Of a stretch of DNA of 64,000 bases, positions 1-13,800 are shown piece after piece. The stretch's first letter is position 1. Every line of letters starts with the position of its first letter. The notes under the pieces were generated by a model, which worked only from the letters and a program-made list of their open reading frames with translations, was not told the DNA's origin and did no database searches. A program made the translations under genes and the position numbers. The DNA comes from Laetmonice hystrix (Eukaryota), in the NCBI GenBank assembly GCA_965235115.1, contig OZ249436.1, positions 40,984,001 to 41,048,000 of the forward strand, in the 5' to 3' direction.

Positions 1-26
1 AGATCTTGGTCACAGACTACGATCAG
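1..26 (+). CDS. Cadherin exon 3' end (ILVTDYDQ), first of five copies in the window
   Basis: Ends CAG|gtcagt and joins in phase 0 to GENGRF, giving the DxDxGxNG motif. The authentic copy could lie further upstream, outside the window. Confidence 0.6.
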
Positions 27-1830
27 GTCAGTACACCCTCAGCCCACACCCTTACCTCCCACTCCCACAGCTCCCACACCCACACCCTCACCTCCCACAC
101 CCACACCCTCACCCCACACCCTTACCTCCCACACCCACACCTCTCACACCCACACCTCCCACACCCACACCCACACCTCCCACACCCACTCCCTGAGAAT
201 ACCCAGGCGAGGATACCACTGACGATTCTACCGTACGGCACCGAGATCTTGGTCACAGACTACGATCAGGTCAGTACACCCACACCCCACACCCTTACCT
301 CCCACTCCCACAGCTCCCACACCCACACCCTCACCTCCCACACCCTCACCCTCACCCCACACCCTTACCTCCCACACCCACACCTCTCACACCCCCACCC
401 ACACCTCCCACACCCACACCCTGAGAATACCCAGGCGAGGATACCACTGACGATTCTACCGTACGGCACCGAGATCTTGGTCACAGACTACGATCAGGTC
501 AGTACACCCTCACCCCATACCCTTACCTCCAACTCCCATAGCACCCTCACCCCCACCCACACCTCCCACACCCACACACACACCTCCCACACCCACACCC
601 TCACCTCCCACACCCACACCCTCACCTCCCACACCCTCACCTCCCACACCCACACCTCTCACACCCACACCTCCCACACCCCCACCCACACCTCCCACAC
701 CCACACTCCCTGAGAACACCCAGGCGAGGATACCACTGACGATTCTACCGTACGGCACCGAGATCTTGGTCACAGACTACGATCAGGTCAGTACACCCTC
801 ACGCCACACCCCACACCCCTACCTCCCACACCCACACCTCCCACACCCACACCCACACCCACACCCACACCCACACCCTTACCTCCCACTCCCACAGCTC
901 CCACACCCACACCCTCACCTCCCACACCCACACCCTCACCCCACACCCTTACCTCCCACACCCACACCTCTCACACCCACACCTCCCACACCCACACCCT
1001 TACCTCCCACTCCCACAGCTCCCACACCCACACCCTCACCTCCCACACCCACGCCCTCACCTCCCACACCCACGCCCTCACCTCCCACACCCACACCTCT
1101 CACACCCACACCTCCCACACCCACACCTCTCACACCCACACCTCTCACACCCTCACCTCCCACACCCACGCCCTCACCTCCCACACCCACGCCCTCACCT
1201 CCCACACCCACACCTCTCACACCCACACCTCTCACACCCTCACCTCCCACACCCACACCCACACCTCCCACACCCACGCCCTCACCTCCCACACCCACAC
1301 CTCTCACACCCACACCTCCCACACCCACACCCACACCTCTCACACCCACACCTCCCACACCCACACCCTCACCCCACACCCTTACCTCCCACACCCCCAG
1401 CTCCCACACCCACACCCACACCTCCCACACCCACACCCTGAGAATACCCAGGCGAGGATACCACTGACGATCCTACCGTACGGCACCGAGATCTTGGTCA
1501 CAGACTACGATCAGGTCAGTACACCCTCACCCCATACCCTTACCTCCAACTCCCATAGCACCCTCACCCCCACCCACACCTCCCACACCCACACACACAC
1601 CTCCCACACCCACACCCCCACCTCCCACACCCACACCTCCCACACCCACACCCTCACCTCCCACACCCACACCCTCACCCCCCACACCCACACCCTCACC
1701 TCCCACACCCACACCCCCACCTCCCACACCCACACCTCCCACACCCACACCCTCACCTCCCACACCCACACCCTCACCTCCCACACCCACACACCCATAC
1801 CCACACCCACACCCACAGCCCACACTCACC
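1..1830 (+). repeat. Compound tandem array: 78-bp exon end plus donor (copies ending 26, 269, 497, 786, 1514) separated by (CACACC/CACCTC)n tracts
   Basis: Near-identical CCTGAGAATACCCAGG...GATCAG|gtcagtacaccc blocks read directly. Confidence 0.95.
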
Positions 1831-4806
1831 TTGGACACCACCAGAGAGCCTTAGGAAAAACTACTCTACGTTAAACACTGCATCAAACGTCATGTTGACG
1901 CTTTCTGATAAGAAAATGGACACCTTTGTACCATTTCCCCTCTTTTCCTTTCATTTAGTTTCCCTGTCCCCCCCCCCCCGTCTGAAATCCTAGATTGATA
2001 TCTCTTATGTTCATGTTTCCCCCCTGTGTTGTTGACGTTTTTAGGGAGAGAACGGGCGGTTTGAACTGATGCTACAGAAGGATGGTGCTCCTTACGATGA
2101 TTGATATCTCATATGTTCATGTTTCCCCCCGGTGTTGTTGACGTTTTTAGGGAGAGAACGGGCGGTTTGAACTGATACTACAGAAGGATGGTGCTCCTTA
2201 CGATGATTCATATCTTATGTTCATGTTTCCCCCCTGTGTTGTTGACGTAGGGAGAGAACGGGCGGTTTGAACTGATGCTACAGAAGTATGGTGCTCCTTA
2301 CGATGATTCATATCTCATATGTTCATGTTCCCCCTGTGTTGTTGACGTTTTTAGGGAGAAAACGGGCGGTTTGAACTGATACTACAGAAGGATGGTGCTC
2401 CTTACGATGATTCATATCTTATGTTCATGTTTCCCCCCTGTGTTGTTGACGTTTTTAGGGGGAGAACGGGCGGTTTGAACTGATGCTACAGAAGTATGGT
2501 GCTCCTTACGATGATTCATATCTCATATGTTCATGTTTCCCCCCTGTATTGTTGACGTTTTTAGGGAGAGAACGGGCGGTTTGAACTGATGCTACAGAAG
2601 GATGGTGCTCCTTACGATGACTTCGAAGTGGTCCCCAAACATGTACTGAATGAAGCAACAGTTCTACTCCGGGTTAACAGTCCGGCACAGTTAGATTACG
2701 AGATAACAAAAACCTTCACCTTCCAGGTATGTTCCGCTATAGATTTCATCATTCCTAGGGTGTTATAAAGTAGAAGGTGATTATTGATCAATTAGAGGAT
2801 ATATCAACTGACACCAAATGTTTGCTGAATTCACACCTTATTCTCGCTCTTAATATTACAGTAGTGACTGTCACTCCGAATAATTATAACGACGATAAAA
2901 CAAAGTTTTATCTATAATTTCTTTTTTATATATTTTTTAATATTTTACTCCCTAACTATGTTTTCGCTATCATTTTTTGGCAGATCGTAGCTCGTGAGAC
3001 AGACACGGCCGAGAAGCATGAGAGCAGAGCGACGGTTGAGTTAATCGTCATGGATATGAACGACAACTGGCCAGCGTTCAACTTGTCCGAATATTTTGCC
3101 ACAATCACAGAAAACGCTGTGAAGAACACAGTGGTAACCAAAGTAACGGTACGTGGATTTACGTGGATTCCTCAAGGAACAGCCGCTTGGTATTATATGA
3201 CAAGATTAGCACAGTCTTGAAAATCTAATTCCTTATTCCGTACGTATAGTTATAAGACACTGTATTTTTACCTGTGTTACTTGAGAACGGCAATATTCCA
3301 TGTAGCAAGGCAAACAAACAGTTTGACCATGACGTAGAGTTACTGAACGTCAAAGAGAAGTCATGAATTCAGTTTCTATATCGACGTTCACCTGAAGAAA
3401 GTGCATCACGAGATATGATAATGATGATGAAGTGATGATGATGATGGGATCCGTTGGTTAACTAAGCTCGGTTCTGATTGGTTCACAGGCCCATGACGAG
3501 GACTCGGGACCGTTTGGTGAGGTGACGTACTCGTTGAGAGGCAGCAGTACGAACCTGTAAGTACACTGCCACCTATCGGTAGGTTCAAAACTACATGAAA
3601 CACGCCTTGCCCACCACCAACACTTGGACTTATTTCATAATTAGAGCGCGTTTGCTCTTGCTTAGGTTTCAAGTACAAAAAAAGTTTGGATTTGTCAAAA
3701 TTAGAAACGCATAACAAAGTTTTACCATTTGAAAGCTCTACTTTTCATTGCCTACCACGATGCAGAAGTGTTGATAGTTTATGAAATTTTAGGAATACCT
3801 TCAAGCTTGGACCAGTCTCGTAGCCATAGTTAATGGGTTAACAAAGAATAGTAAGGGGAAACTACTACTACCCCCCCCCCCCCTCTCCGCCCCTCCGGAA
3901 TCGTGAGACCTGCGTCTAGACGACCCTTGTGTTCCGTTCCCACAGTTTCCGTATTAACTCCACCACGGGTGAGATCTCACTTTGTGTTCCGTTCCCACAG
4001 TTTCCGTATTAACTCCACCACCGGTGAGATCTCAGTTTGTGTTCCGTTCCCACAGTTTCCGTATTAACTCCACCACGGGTGAGATCTCAGTGACCGTTTG
4101 TATTCCGTTCCCATAGTTTCCGTATTAACTCCACCACGGGTGAGATCTCAGTTTGTGTTCCGTTCCCACAGTTTCCGTATTAACTCCACCACGGGTGAGA
4201 TCTCAGTGACTGTTTGTGTTCCGTTCCCACAGTTTCCGTATTAACTCCACCACGGGTGAGATCTCAGTTTGTGTTCCGTTCCCACAGTTTCCGTATTAAC
4301 TCCACCACCGGTGAGATCTCAGTTTGTGTTCCGTTCCCACAGTTTCCGTATTAACTCCACCACCGGTGAGATCTCAGTTTGTGTTCCGTTCCCACAGTTT
4401 CCGTATTAACTCCACCACGGGTGAGATCTCAGTGACTGTTTGTGTTCCGTTCCCACAGTTTCCGTATTAACTCCACCACGGGTGAGATCTCAGTTTGTGT
4501 TCCGTTCCCACAGTTTCCGTATTAACTCCACCACGGGTGAGATCTCAGTGGCCGTGGATGCTGACATCGACCTCACGTTACTGGACCGGGAGAAGTTAGA
4601 CACTCATTACCTGATCGTGGAGGCCGTCGATCAGGGAGGTTTGAGGTCCTCCACCCAGCTTCAGGTCACACTGGGTGACGTGAACGATAACCCGCCCACC
4701 GTGGCCAGGCCCCAGTACGAGGGCTTTGTTCAGGAGAACTCGGATAAACTGGAGAGGGACGTCATCATACAGGTAACGTTCACAGAGCTGTCTCTGTCTC
4801 TGTCTC

Positions 4807-4890
<84 letters not shown>

Positions 4891-7800
4891 TCTCCCTCTG
4901 TGTCTGTCTGTCTCTCTCTATCAGGGGGACAAGACGCAGTAGTTGTTACATTTCATTGATTGATACAGGATACTTTTGATTGATGAACCAGACGTTCAGG
5001 TGCAGGAACAGTTACTTGATATGGAAAGGACAAAGCATAGATCTTGATCGATATTGCGTCATAGATTTCTCAACCCATTCTTATCGACTTTACTGAAAGA
5101 TCGCAATATTGAAAGGATAAGCATATAAAAAGTCTAATGGTAAAAACCCTCTGAGACTTTTATAGTATAGGCCTACCGTATGTACATGGCATGACAATGT
5201 ACCGTACCATTCCTTCATTTACTCTCTATCTTCTACATACAGGCAACAGACCTGGACCTCCCTCCGAACAACAAGCTCAGTTACCGAATCATAGACGGTA
5301 ATCTCAACAACAAGTTCGACATAGACCGGACCACAGGCCGCCTCACTGTGCTGTCTCCCATTGACTTCGAGACAATGGAGCCGGCCCAGAACGGTATCTA
5401 CACATTGGTGGTACAGATTGACGACTCTGGTACCCCCACCCTCAGTGCTACCGTCACGGTGGTCGTTACAGTGGAGGACGTCAATGACGAGGTGCCTTAC
5501 TTTGATACACCGGTCTATGAGGCAATCATTGCTGAAAACTCGCCCGCCGGTAAGTCACCGGACGCTTGGAAACCTACTTATGGATCGTCGAATCTCCCAT
5601 TTACGGGAATCGATATGTATTGAATTAGTATTATTATGAACCAATGTCTGAAGTTTTCTTTAACAACTCCTGCACCTGCATGGTACAGGAAATCTTGTCT
5701 TGATTAGAACGAACATACGATCAAAGAATTCCATGTAGATGTATTTTGCCGAGTTCCGAAGTGATAGGTCTTGTACTATATAGAAATAAACGTCAAATTT
5801 CTCTTGTATAATATCATCATGTTTTCTAACCGTAAGAAAAACGTCACATGTTGAAAACGTTCCATTGCTATGATCAGGCACGACGGTGGCGTCGGTATCG
5901 GCCAAGGATGACGACGGTACGTCTCCTAACAAGGACGTCATATACCGAATCGAGGGCGGAGCGCGCGACAAATTCCGAATGGAGGCAGAACAAGGTGTGA
6001 TCACGGTGGAGACCGGGGCAGACTTAGACCGGGACCGGTACGGCGGCTACTACCGGCTCACAGTCCTAGCCATCGACCGGGGTACGCCCCCGCTCACCGC
6101 CACCGCTACCGTCAACGTCACAATCACTGACGTCAACAACAAACTTCCCGCCTTCCTCCCTGACAGCCGTACGGTGACGGTAGCCGAGGACGCCGCTAGG
6201 GGCGCTAGTGTCTTCACCTACACGGCCACCGACCTCGACCATGACGCCGAGCTCCGGTACGGGCTGCTGGTGGAGCAGGTGTCCGGAGAGGACGAGGATA
6301 AACGACCCGTTCTGGACACCGGCTACCTGGAGACGTTGTTCGGGATACACGCCAGTAATGGTACCGTCTACGTGCTGGAGGAACTGGACCGGGAACGCGT
6401 GGAGGAGGTCACCGTTACCGTACACGTGGAGGACTTGAAGGCTCAGGAACCTCCGCTACAAACCGCCACAGGTTGGACAGTTACTGTACCACTCGATCGT
6501 AACCTATAGAACAGTCTCTATACAAACTCTTTTTATAAATTATTTAAAGGACGTATTGCTTCTTCGTTATAGAAAAGATAGATGTTGAATATCTGTTTTA
6601 CTGGTAGTCCGGGTACCTCTTCGTAAACCTCCTGATAACATTTAACGTGGAAACATATAAAGACAACATATATTCTATGTAAGATGGTTAGTCCATATAG
6701 ATTGTTTATAAAATTGGCCTCGGTTGCCGCCTCAATGGTATAACCTTTGTCTCTCTCCAGCCAAGCTAACCATCCTTCTTAGCGACGTCAACGACAACGC
6801 GCCCGAGTTCCTCCCCAGCGCCACCTACAGGGCGCGTATCTCGGAGGCCTCCCAGCCAGGTATCGAGGTCAAGCAGGTGCTCGCCACTGACCGCGACAAA
6901 ACGTCAGGTACCGTCAACTACTACATGGTCCACGACACTGGCGGCGAGTCAGACGCCTTCGAGATCACAGACAGCAACCGGCAGACTGGTCTAATCACGC
7001 TGAGGACTCAGGTTGACCATGAACGAACCGAGAGAATCAACCTGACAGTGAGGGCTGAGGACCAGGGCACCCCGGCCCTCACTAGCCTGGCACAGGTCCT
7101 GGTGGATATAGAGGACGTCAATGATAACAGCCCGGAGTGGGACCAACTGGAGGAGAGGGTTAGCGTCTGGGAGAACGCCTCCGTGGGGACCCTGGTCACG
7201 ATGGTCATGGCCACGGATATAGACAGCGGACAGTTCGGGCAGGTCACCTATCACATGACTGGCGGCAGCGACACCAAGTTCAAAATCAGCCTCGATGGTG
7301 TGAGTAGGTTATATCTGGGACTCACACGATTGGATATATTTGGATGTACTTTATTATTCCCAATGGCATATATGAAATGAGAGGAATTGGGTTGAAGTTT
7401 GAGACCATTATAGGCTAGCTTTGGTTCAAGCCTTTGGTTCTAGACAGAGGATGATGGGAAACGCCAAATTCCAAATGAACTGTAGGCTAATGATAGGAAT
7501 ATTCTGAAAGTCATCTTTAGAATTGACGTCTTAAATGCAATTTGTTTGTTCTAATTGTTCACCTCTTGTATTGTTTGTCAGGGTGAGATACGTGTTGTGG
7601 GATCGTTTGATCGCGAGCTGGAGTCCGAATACCGCATTACGATCGAAGCTCGTGACAACAAGGGATCGTTACTGAGTGAACAACGTAAAACTCCAGGTTA
7701 CATCACCGTAACCGTAAAGGACGTCAACGACTTCACGCCACAGTTTGAGCAGACACGTTATGACGTCACGAGCCTGCAGGAGAACGCGCGGCTAGGCGCG

Positions 7801-10800
7801 CAAGTCGTCATCGTGCGAGCCGTCGACAAAGACGCAGACGACAACGGAGCCGTGGAGTACGTCGTCGATAAAAACGCGGGAAACGCGTCGGGGCTGTTCG
7901 AGGTGGGTCGGGAATCCGGGGTGGTGTCGGTGAACAAGTCTCTGAGAGGGTCAGTGGGGTGGTACCACTTCGTGATCATTGGCCAGGACAAGGGGTCACC
8001 TTCGCTGGCTAACAGGACGGATGTGTTTGTGTATGTGGAGGATGTGAACGACCACAAACCAGAGATCAACAAACCAAAGGAGAACGCCACAATATACATC
8101 ACAGAGGTGAGCATCGTTCGTCATAAACTTGTGTGGGAGAGAGGAGTCTAAAAGCAGAAAAGGGCCTCTTATTAATCTCAAAGCAAAAAGTAATAATGGA
8201 TTAAAGCTACCATCTTTCTGGGGTTTAGTAATGCCCACCTGTGTGTGGACCGTTATGATAATGTTTTAACTGCTGTGTGCAGACTGTTCTGACAATGTTC
8301 TAACTGCTGTGTGCGGACTGTTCTGACAATGTTCTATAACTGCTGTATGTAGACCGCCCTGACAATGTTCTATAGCTGATGTGTGCGGACTGTTCTGATG
8401 ATGTTCTAACTGCTATGTGTGGACCGTTCTGACAGTGTTCTATAACTGCTGTGTGTGGACGGTTCTGACAATGTTCTAACTGTGGGGTGCAGACTGTTCT
8501 GACAATGTTCTAACTGCTGTGTGCAGACTGTTCTGACAATGTTCTAACTGCTGTGTGTGGACCGTTCTGACAATGTTCTAACTGCTGTGTGTTGTTCAGA
8601 ACGTTCCGGTCGGGTACTGGGTGACCCAGGTAGTCGCCTCTGACAAGGACGAGGGAGTGAACGGACAGGTCCGCTATATGTTCGTTAAAAACCCGTCGAA
8701 CGCCAAGCAGGACTGGCTCAAGTTTAATCTTCACGAGACGGCCGGGAACATTACCACCGCCGTGCCCATCGACCGCGAACAACAACAGACCTTCTACGTA
8801 TGTATTGGGTCAACTCTTCATCCCATGTCATACAAATTGTAATCGTGGTCGATCAATGGTACAGCTCTATAAAAACGTACAGGGTAAGGTTAAACCTACA
8901 GCAAAAGTTCCTCACTAACGCCCGGGTCATTCGCTATTTCCCACGCGAGACAGCGGGAGCTATATCTATTAATAGATTGAGATAATGGTCAAATAGGGTA
9001 AACAAACCGACGAAGCCAGCGGGGAGAATGTCTCTACATTTCGGTTGATTATTCCTCTATCAAAGATCAGATAATCACAGAATTGTAGGTAAGAACAAGC
9101 TTCTTCATGCTGAACACCCTTATATTGATAGTTTGAACTTTTCTATTTCCTTTAAGTTCTGTATGGAAAATGTAGGGGGTGGCCATTTACGACGTTTACG
9201 CTTTGAGGAGGAGATTGCTTGAACTTAGTTTACATCTTTACGAAAAAGGAATACGTAGGCGTTTTCCTGGAACCAAAACAGGAACTGTATAGATCTATAT
9301 GAAATGAAGCGAAAACTTCTGTACAATACCTTGTAGCTGGAGGTACGGGCGTACGACCTCGGGAAGCCGAGTTACGACGACCGACGGACGGTTACGATCG
9401 AGGCCAGGGACGTAGATGATAACCCACCCAGGTTTGATCGAGACAAGTACATGCCACCATACGAGGTGGAGGTAGTCGAGGAGAGAGATAATTTACTTGT
9501 GGAACGTATCAACATCGCTGATGATCCGGACACGGGGAACAATTCGGTCATATGTTACTACATCATTGGTAAGTCCACCATACACAGCATCGGCGTCAAA
9601 GCTTATGTTCTCGCCCAAACTTAAGCTTTGCGCTTCTGATTGGATGGACGGCTTCGACCAAACCAGTCAGAAGCGGAAATCTTAAGCTTAAACAAGAACT
9701 TAAGTTTTTTGAAAAACTTTGACCTGTAATCCAACCGTCATAGATACGGTTGGTCTTGACCTTTCAGGGGTCATTCAGTGCATGTTTGAGTGCCCTTGGT
9801 GACGTTACTGTACAGTGAGTGCTCCACTAAGTTTCTTGTATTGTTGGGTGAGAAGTTTTAAGTTATGTCTGGTGTTAAAGTTCCACATATGTAATGATTT
9901 GGTGCTGTTGGAGTGCGTTGACCGTTGACAGTGATGTTGTTCAACTCAGATTTTTAGTTATATATTCCTTTGACTGCATGCGATGGTGTGGTAATTAAGG
10001 TTGCCATTCGGACCTGGAGACTTGTGTGTTGTGTGGTTTCCACGGTTAGCCATGGTTTTTATGATTTATAAATTGACTTTTCACTGCAGCATGCATCATG
10101 CCATCGAACCAGCACGGTAAGTAGTCGGGGCTATGCCATAACGGACGGCCTGGCTCCATGCAGGAACATCGACTTTTATAACACCCCTCCATTCCACTAG
10201 CGCAATATTACTGAATGCTATCGCAAAATGACAGTCATATGCACTGACATGCAGCACCTATGGATCAGTGTTGCTTAGTATCGAACATAGCAACATGTGA
10301 CATACATCATATACCAGCTGGTACTTTGTGCGATGTGTAGCTAGGATCATATACCCAACATTTGGATGTGCGATCATTCCTCTTACCATTCCAGTTGGCC
10401 CTGCATCCGTGTTGCCTAGCAACTATCGCGAAACAACTGTTGTAAAGCATACGATTTTATATGTTTCAAACCAGAATGCATACCTCCCACCCCCCTGCAG
10501 ACCTAGCTAGTAGACACAGAAAGCACCGGTTATATGTAACAGGCTCAAACCTCTGGTGGTGGACCGGTATGCGTCTCTCAGAAGTCTTTCATCCTTTTGT
10601 GTTTCCTGACATTATTGACGGTCATCAATGGTACAGGTTTTCAGCGGTGCATTAGGAATTTCTTTGTTCACACCGTTAAAACCTTTGCTGTCACAATTGT
10701 GTATTATCACTCGTGACACGATTTCCTTTACGTTGAGAGGAAAGTATTTAAACAGAAGCAAGATTAACATACAGTAACGGTACCACCATAGGAAGGTGTG

Positions 10801-13800
10801 AGTGTTATTCTTCTACACCTAATTTTTGTTTTCGTAACGTTTTCAATGCTTGTAATATACGGCCAGATGGTACAATATACTGCATTATATCGCATCCTGC
10901 GGTATACATGTATATCTCTATTGTATTTACACAAGCCGTACTGAATGTATTTTAGATTTCTTTATAATTCCCAATCATAATGGACATTTGAATGGTCACT
11001 TTGTTTTGTACATGCCCGATTTTTCATATTCAACGTATTGTGCATATTATATTGACCTTCCCTCACAGCCAACGGCTTCGGGGATATTTCCTTGAAGATC
11101 CGGTCCATAACGAATGAAGTTGACTGGAAGAAAATGTGTTGTTTTTATGTAGAGTTTGAGACAGAATCCGCCAACAAACCCGCAGACTTGGTGTGGATGG
11201 GTGATAGTGACTCAGTACCCTGTTATCTGGAGTGAAAATGAGATTCAGAACATGTTTAAAAAAATATCTCGAACAAAGAGAGAACGCTTGAAAACGACTT
11301 TATTACTGTTTTGAAATTCATTATTGACAGGACGGAAGATTTTTAACAGTCCATGTATAATTATTGCGATGGTGATGTCATTTACTATTCTGGGTCCTGT
11401 AGGAAGAGAAAATGACATGGAAGGAAGTGCATGGCGATTACCATGATAACCATTTAACAAAAATAGAATTTTGAGAGTCAACCTCGGTTTTTTTACCCAG
11501 TTGTTTTTCAAAATTATTACGACAGTTTCTAAGCACAGGTCTATCCAATTGTAGGTGGACAGGAACCACACAGAGACCAGTTCTTCCTCAACAAGACGAC
11601 AGGAGAACTGAAACTCAGGTCAAAGTTGGACCGTGAGAAGGTTCCATTCGTCGACCTGGTGGTGAAGGCGAGTGACGACTGCTGGTCGGGTAGGATCGAG
11701 AAACTGGAGACTCAGAACAATCCTTTCAACGTCAGTGACCCCTCACAGCTCTGGGTCAAGGTGAAGGTCATTGACGTGAACGACAACCCGCCGGTGTTCA
11801 CGAGGAAGTGGTTCACAGCCGGTGTGACGAGGGACACGGACTTTGCCGAACCCGTCATATTCTTTAATGTGAGTGCGGATTTTGTTTGCTGTTTTAATTA
11901 CGTAACCATGTTCATATTTTATTCCAAAGAGAATCATTTGAGTAACCAAATCTCTGTAAAGATTATGCTGAAGAAGGTTACACATATAGAAGATATCATA
12001 CCCATGAAATTTGTTGGGAAGAAGTAGAAGTCTTTCACTTACTGCCCCCCCCCCCCCCCCCCTCCAAAGAAACTTTTGACTGTGACCGAATGAGACCCTA
12101 GCTAAGCTGTGCGAGGTTATTTCAGGAGTACGTCCACGACCCTGACGAGGCGGTAAACGCTCAGTTGACGTACGCCATCAAACCACCGATCCGTATCACA
12201 GAACCACTCAAGATCCAACTCCAGCAGAGAAACGAGAAGGTTCCGTTCACACTGGGAGCCACTGACGGAACATTGAGAACTAACATCTACTTCCAACAGA
12301 ACATGCAGGGATACTTCGAATTTGAGGTGGTCGTCAATGATTCCAACGCCAAACATTCAGACTCGGCCAACGTGTCGGTAAGTGCAACCTGCACTGGACG
12401 CATAGTCTTCTTATAGTCCCCACAGAACTTAAACCTTGAAAAACCAGGCCCAGCTGGTGGTTGTCTTACTAAGGTCTGGTTATTAACGATTTTGTTAACT
12501 TAAATAGGAGTCTCGGGTTAATAACGATCTCGTTAACCAGATGCCTCCCATTCACGGTCAGGTAAATTTAATTATATCGTTCATAACCAGACCTTAGTAA
12601 GACAGACCCTGGTGGGGTAAGAAGGCAAAGTTGCTGTTACCCAAATCAAATAGCATTGAGGGTGTGCTATGTAATATGCCGGTAGGTTCCAAAGTTCTAT
12701 CCAAATTAAAACAATAATAAGTATAAAAGAGTAGCATTAGCCGAGTGATGCTATTATGTAGAGTATCAAAGTATAGTTTGATGACCGTAATGTGACCTCT
12801 CGATTGGATGATTTCAGATTTATTTATTGAACGAGGAGCAGCGTGCCAAGGTAATCCTCCGTGGGAACACCGAGTACGTCGGCCAGTTCAAGAGTACCTT
12901 TGCAGCGTGAGTACAATCCTAGATTCGGCAAGCAATAATTATTAACACTAGAACATGATGACCAGAAATAATTATACTTATATTATGTTTAGTGATGTTA
13001 ACTTCTGTGAGTTGAATTCCTATAATTCTGTACGAGTCCTAGGTTTGTGTCTGTAGTCGTGTTTATGGCGTGGTGGAGATTGTAACATGTTGTTATGATG
13101 ACCAGGTTTATATCCAATATCACTGGGACGATCATTAACGTGGACAAGATCCGCACTCACCGGGATATCAACGGCAAACCTGACGAGTGGAAGTAAGTCT
13201 ACACGTCCTATATCGTCTCAGGCAGTTCTTTATCTCAAAGTTGACATTGATGGGGAAACGAGAAAATCTACACGTCCTATATCGTCTCAGGGAGTTCTTT
13301 ATCTCAAAGTTTACATTGATGTGGAAAGGGGAAAATCTACACGTCCTATATCGTCTCAGGGAGTTCTTTAGGCTATATCGTCTCAGCGAGTTCTTTAACT
13401 CAAAGTTTACATTGATCGGGAAACGGGAAAATCTACACGTCCTATATCGTCTCAGGGAGTTCCTTAACTCAGAGTTTACATTGATGGGGAAACGGGAAAA
13501 TCTACACGTCCTATCGTCTCAGGGAGTTCTTTATCTCAAAGTTTACATTGATCGGGAAACGGGAAAATCTACACGTCCTATATTGTCTCAGGGGGTTCTT
13601 TATCTCAAAGTTTACATTGATCGGGAAACGGGAAAATCTACACGTCCTATATCGTCTCAGCGAGTTCTTTAACTCAAAGTTTACATTGATGGGGAAACGG
13701 GAAAATCTACACGTCCTATATCGTCTCAGCGACTTCTTTAACTCAAAGTTTACATTGATGGGGAAACGGGAAAATCTACACGTCCTATATCGTCTCGGGG

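Noticed and set aside
1..1874. CRISPR-like look of identical 78-bp blocks with variable spacers, and His/Pro/Val-Gly-rich ORFs on both strands
   Set aside because: The blocks are a cadherin exon end plus donor and the spacers are low-complexity CACACC tracts. The DNA is eukaryotic with no cas genes, and the ORFs are by-products of stop-free repeats.
5660..8785. Minus-strand ORFs overlapping cadherin exons
   Set aside because: Antisense shadows of GC-rich coding exons with no independent motifs.
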